From assembly GCF_017753665.1 (NCBI RefSeq), contig NZ_CP072524.1, forward strand, positions 260,281 to 292,280: a stretch of 32,000 nt of DNA. The letters run 5' to 3'. Each line of letters begins with the position of its first letter. Positions within the stretch are counted from its first letter, which is position 1. This document shows positions 8,284 through 16,873 of the stretch, in pieces. The notes beneath the pieces are model-generated. The model was not told where the DNA came from and ran no database searches. It worked only from the letters and a program-made list of their open reading frames with translations. The position numbers were made by a program, and so were the translations under genes. This stretch comes from Neisseria sicca. GTDB taxonomy: Bacteria > Pseudomonadota > Gammaproteobacteria > Burkholderiales > Neisseriaceae.

Positions 8284-9753
8284 TCAACTTGAACAACTGA
8301 CGCAAACCGGAATGCTGCCTTCGGGCGGCGGTTCGGCAAGGTCGGCGAACTCTGCCTGTTCGTCAAAGGGACGGGCGAGGCAGCGACGCAGGCGTTCGAT
8401 TTCGCGGTAGTCGCCGTTTCGGGCTTGGGCGATGGCTTGTTCGGCAAGGTAGTTGCGCAGGATGTAGAGCGGATTGGTTCGGTTCATACGCAATGCGCGT
8501 TCGGCGGGGTCGCTGTTTTCCGCACGCAGGCGTTGGCGGTAGCGTCCGAGCCAGCGGGTGAAGGCGGGCGGAACGCCGTTTTTGAAGGTTTGTTCGAGTT
8601 TGGGCGGGATGGGTTCGCCGTGCATATTGCTGACTTCGGACAGGTTTCTGAAAAACAGGGTGAAGTCGGTTTTTTGATCTTGCAGGGCGGCGAAGAGGTC
8701 GGCGACAAGGCTTTCGTCGTCTCTTTTGTCTGCTTGCTGCAAACCGAGTTTGCGGCGCATTTTCTCTAAATAGGTCGTCTGAAAAACTTCTGTCCAGCCG
8801 TCGATGAGTTGTTCGAGGTTGTCGTGTGGGACGAGGGTGTCAAAGCAGGAGGCGAGGGCGGCGAAATTCCAATCGGCGACGTGGGGCTGGGCATTGTAGG
8901 CGTAGCGGCCTTGGGTGTCGGAGTGGTTGCAGACGTGACGGCGGTCGTAGTCGTCGAGGAAACCGAATGGGCCGTAGTCTATGGTCAGCCCCAGTGCGGA
9001 CATGTTGTCGGTATTCATCACGCCGTGGCAGAAACCGACGCTTTGCCATGCAGCGACGGTATCGGCTGTGCGGTTGCGGATTTGTTCCAACAGGGCGGCG
9101 TAGGGATTGTCAGCATCTTGGCAGTCGGGGTAGTAATGCCGGATGAGGTAGTCGGCAAGTTGTCGGACTTCGGCTTCGCGGCCGGTGTAATAGAAGTATT
9201 CGAAATGGCCGAAACGCAGAAAGCTCGGGGCGATGCGTGTCAGGACGGCGGCGGTTTCGACGGTTTCGCGATAAACGGGGTCGTCGCTGCCGCACAGGGC
9301 GAGGGCGCGGGTTGTGAGGATGCCGAGACCGTACATGGCTTCGGAACAGAGATATTCGCGGATGGAGGAGCGCAAGACGGCGCGCCCGTCGGCAAAGCGG
9401 GAATAGGGCGTTTTGCCTGCGCCTTTGAGCTGCCACTCTTGGCGTTGCCCTGCGGCATCGATGGAGTCGCCAATCAGAATGGCGCGTCCGTCGCCGAGGC
9501 GCGGGGTATAAACGCCGAACTGATGGCCGCTGTAAACACTGGCAATGGGCGCGGGCGCGTATTGCGGTGCGTTGCCGCTGAGGTAGGCAAGATTGGAGGT
9601 CGTCTGAAAATCCGTGTTCAGATTCAACTCTGCCGCCAAATCGGTGTTGAAGGCGACCCAGTAGGGCGCGGTCAACGGCTCGGGGGCGACGCGGGAATAG
9701 AAAAACGGCGAGAGTTCGGTGAATTGTTGGGTAAGCAGGGAAAGTGTGTGCAT
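8284..9753 (-). CDS. selO: Protein adenylyltransferase SelO (YdiU/UPF0061 family)
   Basis: 489-aa ORF with YSGHQFGVYTPRLGDGRAILIG, QLKGAGKTPYSRFADGRAVLRSSIREYLCSEAM and HGVMNTDNMS motifs characteristic of SelO/YdiU pseudokinase-fold AMPylases. Confidence 0.92.
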   Translation of the reverse strand: MHTLSLLTQQFTELSPFFYSRVAPEPLTAPYWVAFNTDLAAELNLNTDFQTTSNLAYLSGNAPQYAPAPIASVYSGHQFGVYTPRLGDGRAILIGDSIDAAGQRQEWQLKGAGKTPYSRFADGRAVLRSSIREYLCSEAMYGLGILTTRALALCGSDDPVYRETVETAAVLTRIAPSFLRFGHFEYFYYTGREAEVRQLADYLIRHYYPDCQDADNPYAALLEQIRNRTADTVAAWQSVGFCHGVMNTDNMSALGLTIDYGPFGFLDDYDRRHVCNHSDTQGRYAYNAQPHVADWNFAALASCFDTLVPHDNLEQLIDGWTEVFQTTYLEKMRRKLGLQQADKRDDESLVADLFAALQDQKTDFTLFFRNLSEVSNMHGEPIPPKLEQTFKNGVPPAFTRWLGRYRQRLRAENSDPAERALRMNRTNPLYILRNYLAEQAIAQARNGDYREIERLRRCLARPFDEQAEFADLAEPPPEGSIPVCVSCSS

Positions 9754-9848
9754 GGGATTCCTAGCGGGCGCGGGCGGATTTGTATAACGCGCGGGTATGT
9801 TTATTGTGTTTTAGAGTTGGATGCTGTGAGTTTGATTTTCAAGCATTT

Positions 9849-10928
9849 TCAAAACAATGCTTGTTGCCGTTGTTTCAGATAATCCGCCAGCGGTTTGGGC
9901 AAGCCGTAATCCGCCAAGTTTTCGGGTTTCACCCAAAGGCGGTTTGGCGGCAAGGCTGTATTTTCAGGCGAGCTGGTTTGCGCTTCAAGTGGCGTAATCA
10001 TCAATAAACGATGCGTCAGGCGGTGGGTGAGGGAGGCTTGCTCGGAAAGGTCGTCCCACGGGGAGGCTGCGCACTCTGAAAAAATGCCGAGTTTTTCGGC
10101 GCAAGCGTATGTTTCGTCCAGTTTTTCAAAACACGGCACGCAATACAGCCCGCCCCAAATGCCTTTGGCAGGACGTTTTTCCAGCAAGATTGCGCCGTCT
10201 GGGTTGCGGATAATCAGCCAGTAAAGCGGCAGGGTTTGTACTTCGGGGGCGTTTTTTTTACGCGGCAGCTCGGCGATGCGGTTTTGCTTTTTCGCTTCGC
10301 AGATGTCCGCCATCGGACATTGGTGGCACAAGGGTTTTGTCCGTTTGCACACGGTTGCGCCCAAGTCCATCAAGCCTTGCGTGTAGGCGGGCATATCGGC
10401 GTTTTCAGACGGCAGCAGGCTTTCGGCAAGCGTCCAGAGTGAGTTTTCGAATTTTTTGTCCTGCGGATTGCCGTCGCGGGCGAACACGCGGCAGAGTACG
10501 CGTTTGACGTTGCCGTCCAAAATGGTTTCGCGGCGGTTGAAGGCGAAGGCGCAAATGGCGGCGGCGGTGCTTCTGCCTATGCCGCAGAGGGTTTCCAAGT
10601 CTTTACGCTCCGACGGAAACGTGCCGTCGAATTGTTCGAAGACTTGTTGCGCGGCTTTGTGCAGATTGCGCGCGCGGCTGTAATAGCCCAAGCCCGCCCA
10701 CAACGACAACACTTCGTCTTGCGGCGCGGCGGCAAGCGTTTGTACGGTCGGGAATTTTTCTAAGAAACGCGGATAGTAGTCTAAAACGGTGGCGACCTGT
10801 GTCTGCTGGAGCATGATTTCGGAAAGCCAGATGCAATAAGGGTTTTTGACCTGCCAAGGGAGGTGGTGGCGACCGTGTTGTTTTTGCCAGCGGATGAGCC
10901 GTTCGGAGAAGGGGATGGGTGTGTTCAT
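9849..10928 (-). CDS. mutY: A/G-specific adenine DNA glycosylase MutY
   Basis: HhH-GPD motifs (WLSEIMLQQTQV, GLGYYSRARNL, GIGRSTAAAI), a 4Fe-4S cysteine cluster (C..C..C..C near CKRTKPLCHQCPMADIC) and a C-terminal NUDIX-like domain. First ATG at 10928; the track extends to a TTG at 10937. Confidence 0.93.
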   Translation of the reverse strand: MNTPIPFSERLIRWQKQHGRHHLPWQVKNPYCIWLSEIMLQQTQVATVLDYYPRFLEKFPTVQTLAAAPQDEVLSLWAGLGYYSRARNLHKAAQQVFEQFDGTFPSERKDLETLCGIGRSTAAAICAFAFNRRETILDGNVKRVLCRVFARDGNPQDKKFENSLWTLAESLLPSENADMPAYTQGLMDLGATVCKRTKPLCHQCPMADICEAKKQNRIAELPRKKNAPEVQTLPLYWLIIRNPDGAILLEKRPAKGIWGGLYCVPCFEKLDETYACAEKLGIFSECAASPWDDLSEQASLTHRLTHRLLMITPLEAQTSSPENTALPPNRLWVKPENLADYGLPKPLADYLKQRQQALF

Positions 10929-11090
10929 TAATATCAATCGGGGGTTTTATTTATATTCAAAACAACATGTTATGGTATAACATCGTGAAAATAATTCTTA
11001 TTGACTTATTTTTTGTAGGGGTATATAACTCATATAAAGAGACTTTATTGCGGTATTGAAATTATTTATCAACAAGCAAGGAGTATCAGC

Positions 11091-11417
11091 ATGAAAGCAA
11101 TGGTTTATCACGGCGCAAACGACATCCGTTTTGAAGAAAAACCCCGTCCGCAGATTATCGATCCGACCGACGCAGTGGTGAAAATCGTCAAAACCACGAT
11201 TTGCGGTACCGACTTGGGTATTTGGAAAGGCAAAAACCCCGAAGTTGCCGACGGCCGTATTCTCGGTCATGAAGGCATCGGTATTGTAGAAGAAGTCGGC
11301 GAGGCTGTAAAAAACATCAAAGTCGGTGATAAAGTCATTATTTCATGCGTCAGCAAATGCTGTACTTGCGACAACTGCAAAATCCAACTCTTGTATATCG
11401 GAACTCCCGTATCATAG
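11091..11417 (+). pseudogene. 5' fragment (about 100 codons) of a Zn-dependent alcohol dehydrogenase gene, truncated at the IS110-family insertion
   Basis: MKAMVYHGANDIRFEEKP...GHEGIGIVEEVG...CVSKCCTCDNCK matches the N-terminal catalytic and structural Zn region of MDR-family ADHs. Reading then runs into unrelated sequence and stops at 11415-11417. No nucleotide-binding domain follows anywhere before cstA. Confidence 0.8.
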
Positions 11418-11549
11418 CAACAAACCGCCAGGCCGCCACCCGCATCCGACCAAGGCAAACAACCGTTGAGTAGCTCAGGGAGCGGTCGGGCAACCCATCG
11501 ACACAACCGGACAGTTGCCAGACAACACAACCGAATGCAAGGCAGGTTT
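11400..11549 (+). ncRNA. Candidate bridge (guide) RNA in the IS110 left-end non-coding leader
   Basis: A leader of about 150 nt sits upstream of the transposase ATG. It has complementary arms CCGACC (11446-11451)/GGTCGG (11484-11489) and GGCAAC (11489-11494)/GTTGCC (11514-11519). The position matches where IS110-group elements encode their bridge RNA. Confidence 0.4.
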
Positions 11550-12506
11550 ATGATGAGTACCCAATACCATTACGCAGGCATCGACATCGCCAAACGAAAC
11601 TTCGTTATTGCCGTTTCGTCTTTGTCTAAAACCAAAACCGAAACCAACAACCCAAAAGGTATCGCCCATACTATCGAGTACCTTAAAAAACACAACGTCG
11701 CCCTCGTCGTGATGGAAAGCACCGGCGGTCTCGAAATCCCCGCCGCCAAAGCCATCCACCGCGCAGGCATAGCCGTGATTATCGCCAACCCGCGTCAGAC
11801 GCATCAGTTTGCCCAATCGCAGTCGCTGACCAAAACCGATGCCAAAGATGCCCAAATGCTCGCCTTCTTCGCACAGATGATGACGCAGAAAGAAGGTTGG
11901 CAAACCATGCTCTACCAACCGCCCACCGAAGCGGAGGAAGTGTTGGAAGCATTGGTCAACCGCCGCAACCAACTGGTGGATATGCGGACTGCCGAGAAAA
12001 ACCGTCTGCATCAGGTTCATGAAACGCAAGTCGAAAGCGTCAAACAACTGATTGCCCATTTTGACCGGCTGATTGACGAATTGGACAAACAAATCGATGA
12101 CCACACCCACACGCATTTTGACGGCAAAGCCAAAGTGGCGGAACAAATCAAAGGCATCGGTTCGATAACGACGGCTACGCTGATGGCGATGCTGCCCGAA
12201 TTGGGACGGCTGAGCCACAAACGGATAGCGAGTTTGGTCGGTATTGCCCCACATCCGAGGGAGAGCGGCGAAACCAAATTCAAAAGCCGCTGCTTCGGCG
12301 GAAGGTCTGCGGTGCGTAAGGCACTGTATATGGCTACCGTGGTAGCGACACGTTTTGAACCGCTTATTCGGGATTTCTATCAGCGCCTACTGTCCAAGGG
12401 TAAGCCGTATAAGGTTGCCGTTACGGCATGTATGCGCAAACTGCTGACGATATTGAATGCCCGGATGCGTGATTATTTTGCCGAAAACGGTATCCAAACG
12501 GCTTGA
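11550..12506 (+). CDS. IS110 family transposase (DEDD/RuvC-like N-domain plus C-terminal Tnp domain)
   Basis: MMSTQYHYAGIDIAKRNFVIAV (the first D of DEDD in GIDIAK), MESTGGLE, and C-terminal GIGSITTATLMAMLPELG....IASLVGIAP...SG. Start taken at the ATG at 11550 after AAGGCAGG; the track begins at an upstream TTG (11466). Confidence 0.92.
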   Translation: MMSTQYHYAGIDIAKRNFVIAVSSLSKTKTETNNPKGIAHTIEYLKKHNVALVVMESTGGLEIPAAKAIHRAGIAVIIANPRQTHQFAQSQSLTKTDAKDAQMLAFFAQMMTQKEGWQTMLYQPPTEAEEVLEALVNRRNQLVDMRTAEKNRLHQVHETQVESVKQLIAHFDRLIDELDKQIDDHTHTHFDGKAKVAEQIKGIGSITTATLMAMLPELGRLSHKRIASLVGIAPHPRESGETKFKSRCFGGRSAVRKALYMATVVATRFEPLIRDFYQRLLSKGKPYKVAVTACMRKLLTILNARMRDYFAENGIQTA

Positions 12507-12952
12507 TTTGAGTTTTGGTATTTTTGCCCGACGGGGTGAAAAATACAGTTGCTTATATATTGCCACCCGAAAGGGACGACCTTTTTGTTTATGGGGCTGA
12601 TTGAATTGGGATGGCGTGGCGTTAACCTTTTAGCCATATGCAACTGGGCAGTGTGGCTTTATGGCATTTGTAAAGAGTCTGTCAAAAAATAAGCGGTAAT
12701 ATCGTAATGAATGACGATTGCTTGAGTTAAATCTAGCCCGCACATTATCGGATTGTGTTAACCTTACGCTAGGCTTGATAATAGTTAACATTCTAGGGTT
12801 TTGGTTCCCTTGTTTATTAATTATCTCAAGCCAGGGTTCCCGCACCATCATCGCTTCATTTTTTTCTTCCATAAATGCTTCGGGATGCAGTTTGTCCCCC
12901 CGCAACAATAAGAACCCGAACATTCTCACTCTTGTATTTTAAGGATTAAACA

Positions 12953-15034
12953 ATGAAATCGCTCAAAACGTTCCTTATTTGGGGCATTGTGGTTTTGGTC
13001 GGCGTAGCGTCCTTTACCACTTTGGCCCTCAGTCGGGGCGAGCAGGTCAGTGCGGTATGGATGGTCACCGCCGCCGTGTCGGTGTACTGCATCGCTTACC
13101 GTTTTTACAGTCTCTACATCGCCAAATATGTGATGCAGCTTGATCCGAACCGCCTCACGCCCGCCGAGCGGCACAATGACGGTTTGGACTATGTGCCGAC
13201 ACACAAAGGCGTATTGTTCGGACACCACTTTGCCGCGATTGCGGGCGCAGGTCCCTTGGTCGGTCCCGTGCTGGCTGCGCAAATGGGTTATCTGCCGGGT
13301 ACGCTGTGGATTATCTTCGGCGTAGTGTTTGCCGGCGCGGTACAAGACATGATGGTCTTGTTCGTCTCCATGCGCCGCGACGGTAAGTCTTTGGGCGATA
13401 TCGTAAAACAAGAACTCGGCACTGTACCCGGCGTGATCGCGTCCATCGGTATTTTGATGATTATGGTTATCATCATGGCGGTGTTGGCGTTGATTGTGGT
13501 GAAAGCACTGGTTCACAGCCCTTGGGGTACGTTTACGATTGCCGCCACCATGCCGATTGCGCTGTTTATGGGTATTTACACCCGCTATATCCGTCCGGGC
13601 AAAATCGGCGAAATTTCCATCGTCGGCTTTATCCTGCTGATGCTGGCGGTTATTTACGGCGACAATGTGGCGCACAGCTCCATCGGTCACTGGTTTGACC
13701 TTGACGGCATCCAGCTCACTTGGGCGATTATGATTTACGGCTTCGTAGCATCAGTATTGCCGGTATGGCTGCTGCTGACACCGCGCGACTATCTCTCTAC
13801 CTTCCTGAAAATCGGTACGATTGTCGCACTCGCCATCGGCATCCTCATCGTCAGCCCTGCGCTGCAAATGCCTGCCGTGACCCACTTTATCGACGGTTCC
13901 GGCCCAGTATTCTCAGGTGCATTGTTCCCGTTCCTCTTCATTACCATCGCCTGTGGTGCGGTTTCAGGCTTCCACGCGCTGATTTCTTCCGGTACTACGC
14001 CGAAAATGCTGGAAAACGAAACCCACGTCCGCATGATCGGTTACGGCGGTATGTTGATGGAAAGTTTCGTGGCCATTATGGCGCTTGCCGCTGCTGCATC
14101 GCTTGATCCCGGCGTGTACTTCGCCATGAACAGCCCTGCTGCCTTGATCGGCACAGACGCCAATACTGCCGCCGAAGTAATTACCACCAAGCTGCAATTC
14201 TCTGTCGATGCCGCAACCCTGTTGCACACCGCTAAGGAAGTCGGCGAAAACACCATCCTATCCCGTGCGGGCGGTGCGCCTACCCTCGCAGTCGGTATGG
14301 CGCACATCATGAGCCGCCTGATTCCGGGCGAAGCCATGATGGCATTCTGGTATCACTTTGCCCTGTTGTTTGAAGCCTTGTTCATCCTGACCGCCGTCGA
14401 TGCCGGTACCCGCGTCGCACGTTTCATGATTCAAGACTTGGGCAGTATCTTCTACAAACCTTTCGGTAACACCGACTCCATCCCTGCCAACCTGATTGCG
14501 ACCTTCTTCGCCGTGGCATTGTGGGGCTACTTCCTTTACACCGGCGTGACCGACCCGTTGGGCGGCATCAACTCGCTCTGGCCTTTGTTCGGCATCGCCA
14601 ACCAAATGCTGGCAGGCGTAGCCTTGATTATGTGTGCCGTTGTGTTGATTAAGATGAAACGCGACCGTTATGTCTGGGTGGCACTCGTTCCTGCCGTCGG
14701 CGTACTGTTTGTAACCTGCTATGCCGGTCTGCAAAAACTGTTCCACAGCGACCCGCGTGTCAGCTTCCTTGCCCATGCCGGCAAATACAGCGACGCATTG
14801 GCTAAAAACGAAGTCCTCGCGCCCGCTAAAGACATCGGCGAAATGTCGCAAATCATCTTTAACGACCAAATCAATGCCGGTCTGACCGCATTGTTCCTCT
14901 CCGTCGTCGTCGTCGTTGCCATCTACGGCGTGCGTACCGCCATGAAAGCACGCAAAGTCGGCTGGTCAACCGCTAAAGAAATTCCGGCGGTGTACCGCGA
15001 CGGCAAACAACCGGAGGCACAAAGTGAAGCGTAA
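12953..15034 (+). CDS. cstA: Carbon starvation protein A (peptide/pyruvate transporter CstA)
   Basis: 693-aa polytopic membrane ORF with conserved CstA blocks (YRFYS.YIA, HFAAIAGAGPLVGPVLAAQMGYLPG, GAVQDM, ACGAVSGFHALISSGTTPKM). Confidence 0.95.
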   Translation: MKSLKTFLIWGIVVLVGVASFTTLALSRGEQVSAVWMVTAAVSVYCIAYRFYSLYIAKYVMQLDPNRLTPAERHNDGLDYVPTHKGVLFGHHFAAIAGAGPLVGPVLAAQMGYLPGTLWIIFGVVFAGAVQDMMVLFVSMRRDGKSLGDIVKQELGTVPGVIASIGILMIMVIIMAVLALIVVKALVHSPWGTFTIAATMPIALFMGIYTRYIRPGKIGEISIVGFILLMLAVIYGDNVAHSSIGHWFDLDGIQLTWAIMIYGFVASVLPVWLLLTPRDYLSTFLKIGTIVALAIGILIVSPALQMPAVTHFIDGSGPVFSGALFPFLFITIACGAVSGFHALISSGTTPKMLENETHVRMIGYGGMLMESFVAIMALAAAASLDPGVYFAMNSPAALIGTDANTAAEVITTKLQFSVDAATLLHTAKEVGENTILSRAGGAPTLAVGMAHIMSRLIPGEAMMAFWYHFALLFEALFILTAVDAGTRVARFMIQDLGSIFYKPFGNTDSIPANLIATFFAVALWGYFLYTGVTDPLGGINSLWPLFGIANQMLAGVALIMCAVVLIKMKRDRYVWVALVPAVGVLFVTCYAGLQKLFHSDPRVSFLAHAGKYSDALAKNEVLAPAKDIGEMSQIIFNDQINAGLTALFLSVVVVVAIYGVRTAMKARKVGWSTAKEIPAVYRDGKQPEAQSEA

Positions 15035-15218
15035 ACTCGCCGCTTGGTGGAAAACCGCCAAACTTACCGCCAACCTCATGGCAGGCGTGCCCGATTATGA
15101 AAACTACGTTGCCCAACAGCGCAAACATAATCCCAACGCCCCCGTCATGACCGAGCTGCAATTTCAAGACTACTGCCGCAAACGCCGCTGCGGCGCAAAC
15201 GGCGGAAGATGTTGTTAA
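15024..15218 (+). CDS. ybdD: YbdD/YjiX family small protein (DUF466), CstA-associated
   Basis: 64 aa with GVPDYENYVAQQRKHNPNAPVMTELQF, the DUF466 core. It overlaps the cstA 3' end by 11 nt, the conserved cstA-ybdD arrangement. Confidence 0.88.
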   Translation: MKRKLAAWWKTAKLTANLMAGVPDYENYVAQQRKHNPNAPVMTELQFQDYCRKRRCGANGGRCC

Positions 15219-15233
15219 TCGCTTGAACGGTTG

Positions 15234-15271
15234 AAAAAAGGTCGTCTGAAAGTTTTCAGACGACCTTTTTA
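15234..15271. terminator. Bidirectional DUS-pair terminator between ybdD and prmB
   Basis: AGGTCGTCTGAA (15239-15250) and TTCAGACGACCT (15255-15266), flanked by A and T runs. Confidence 0.85.
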
Positions 15272-15298
15272 TATCAATGCTGCTTGAAAAAGGACGGG

Positions 15299-16204
15299 TT
15301 AGTATTCGCCCAATAGCTGCTCGCGGGTCAGTAAGAATACGAATCCGTCGCCGCCGCTGGTTTCCAGCCAAGTAAACGGCAGCTCGGGATAGGCGGCTTC
15401 CAATACATCGCGGTTGTGTCCGATTTCGACCAGCAGTACGCCTTTGGGATTGAGGTATTTGGCTGCGTGCAGCAGGATTTGGCGGGTGGCGTCCAAACCG
15501 TCTTCGCCGCTGCCCAAGGCGAGTTCGGGTTCGTGCAGGTATTCGTCGGGCAGCATATCGACCGATTCGGCATCGACGTAGGGCGGGTTGGAAACAATCA
15601 GGTCGTATGTGCCTTCCAATCCTTCGAACAAGTCGGTGTGAATCAGGTTAATGCGCTCTTCCAAACCATAATCTTCAACGTTGATGGCGGCTACTTCCAG
15701 CGCATCCAAACTCAAATCGACGGCGTCAATTTCAGCGGCGGGGTAGTGGTGTGCCATTTGGATGGCGAGGCAGCCGCTGCCGGTGCATAAATCCAATGCG
15801 CGGTGAACCAATTCGGGATGCTCTATCCATGGGGTGAGGCTGTCGCCGAGCAGTTCGTAAATAAACGAGCGCGGTACGATGACGCGTTCGTCAACATAAA
15901 AATCGAAATCGCCTTGCCATGCCTGATGGGTAAGGTAGGCGGCGGGGATGTGTTCGACTGCGCGGCGTTCCAGCACTACCAACACTTCTTCTTTCTCGCT
16001 TTGCAGCAGCTTGGCGTCGAGGTAAGGCTCCAGCGTGTCCAGCGGCAGGTTGAGGGTGTGCAGAATCAGGTAGGCGGCTTCATCGTGCGCGTTGTCCGAG
16101 CCATGCCCGAAAAACAAACCGGCATCGTTGAAACGGCTGACGGCGAAACGCAGGATGTCGCGGACGGTGGTCAATTCTTGGGCTGCTTGGGTAAACATAT
16201 TCAT
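15299..16204 (-). CDS. prmB: Ribosomal protein L3 N5-glutamine methyltransferase
   Basis: SAM-binding LDLCTGSGCLAI and the catalytic VSNPPYV motif, with a PrmB-type N-terminus (TVRDILRFAVSRFN). Start chosen at the ATG at 16204 (MNMFTQ..) preceded by TAAGGA; the track extends to 16228. Confidence 0.9.
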   Translation of the reverse strand: MNMFTQAAQELTTVRDILRFAVSRFNDAGLFFGHGSDNAHDEAAYLILHTLNLPLDTLEPYLDAKLLQSEKEEVLVVLERRAVEHIPAAYLTHQAWQGDFDFYVDERVIVPRSFIYELLGDSLTPWIEHPELVHRALDLCTGSGCLAIQMAHHYPAAEIDAVDLSLDALEVAAINVEDYGLEERINLIHTDLFEGLEGTYDLIVSNPPYVDAESVDMLPDEYLHEPELALGSGEDGLDATRQILLHAAKYLNPKGVLLVEIGHNRDVLEAAYPELPFTWLETSGGDGFVFLLTREQLLGEY

Positions 16205-16285
16205 CAAAATCCTTAATGGTCGGAACACCGTCCTTCGGGCGGCGGAATCGGGAAGTCATTTATTGCAAAGCGGAGCGATTATAAC

Positions 16286-16321
16286 AGAGGTCGTCTGAAA
16301 GCATGGTTTCAGACGACCTCT
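16286..16321. terminator. DUS-pair hairpin between prmB and the cytochrome c gene
   Basis: AGGTCGTCTGAA (16288-16299) and TTCAGACGACCT (16308-16319). Confidence 0.8.
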
Positions 16322-16336
16322 TGATTGCGGGAGCGG

Positions 16337-16735
16337 TTATTTTTTGCCTTTTGCTGCTTTCACATCTTTTTCGGTGATGGTGCCGCCACCGTTATCAAAT
16401 GCATTCATGATGTAGGTCGAAACTGCTGCTACGTCCGCTTCGTTGATGGCTGTTGCGGGCATGAAGCCGTTGTAGGGTTTGCCGTTAACCTTGATCGGGC
16501 CGTTGATGCCTTTGAGCATGCTGTTCAACAGTACTTGCGGTTTTTTCATGATGTAGTCGGAACGGAACAGGGGCGGGAACATTGCGCCTCTGCCTTCGCC
16601 TTTTTTACCGTGGCAGGCAGCGCAGTTGGTTTCGTAAATTTTCTGCCCTTGCGCCATCTGTGCGGCATCGGCGGCGAAAGTTGGGGCGGAAAAGCAGGAG
16701 AGTGCGGCAAGAGTCAGGATGTGGATGGTTTTCAT
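16337..16735 (-). CDS. Periplasmic class I c-type cytochrome (mono-haem)
   Basis: Signal peptide MKTIHILTLAALSCFSAPTFA/AD, haem motif CAACH, and a distal Met region (NGFMPA). Start at the ATG at 16735 after AAGGACAAACC; the track ORF is extended to 16795. Confidence 0.88.
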   Translation of the reverse strand: MKTIHILTLAALSCFSAPTFAADAAQMAQGQKIYETNCAACHGKKGEGRGAMFPPLFRSDYIMKKPQVLLNSMLKGINGPIKVNGKPYNGFMPATAINEADVAAVSTYIMNAFDNGGGTITEKDVKAAKGKK

Positions 16736-16798
16736 GGTTTGTCCTTGCAGATGGTCGGGATGTTTTTGTTTTAGAGGAATAGGGCAATCATACAATAA

Positions 16799-16842
16799 AG
16801 GTCATCTGAAAACCTATCCTGCCTAAGCTTTTCAGACGACCT
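16799..16842. repeat. DUS inverted pair; the forward copy has one mismatch (AGGTCATCTGAA)
   Basis: 16799-16810 AGGTCATCTGAA and 16831-16842 TTCAGACGACCT, lying between the cytochrome c gene and hemH. Confidence 0.75.
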
Positions 16843-16873
16843 TAGATTTAAGTCAAACAAACGGAAGGATACT

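Larger units (their letters stand above)
11393..12560 (+). mobile_element. IS110-family insertion sequence (ends approximate; no terminal inverted repeats, as expected for the family)
   Basis: Contains a DEDD-type IS110 transposase gene. The left end is inferred from where ADH homology breaks (about 11390). The right end is inferred from the CTT(G/A)TATAT similarity between 11389-11398 and 12552-12560. Confidence 0.7.

Noticed and set aside
8809-9882. 357-aa plus-strand ORF antisense to selO
   Set aside because: This is a shadow ORF: the Gly/Val/Ala-rich translation has no motifs, and selO on the opposite strand is unambiguous.
11475-12254. 259-aa minus-strand ORF inside the IS110 transposase gene
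   Set aside because: It is antisense to a transposase with clear family motifs. The translation has no recognisable features.
12630-12929. 99-aa minus-strand ORF between the IS and cstA
   Set aside because: It has no recognisable family, a GTG/ATG start only about 25-30 nt from the divergent cstA start and no SD, and it lies in AT-rich DNA that may be a remnant. It cannot be supported as a gene, though a degraded fragment of something is possible.
12926-13690. 254-aa minus-strand ORF, and others at 14258-14869, antisense to cstA
   Set aside because: These are His/Arg/Gln/Asp-rich nonsense translations opposite a well-conserved membrane transporter gene.
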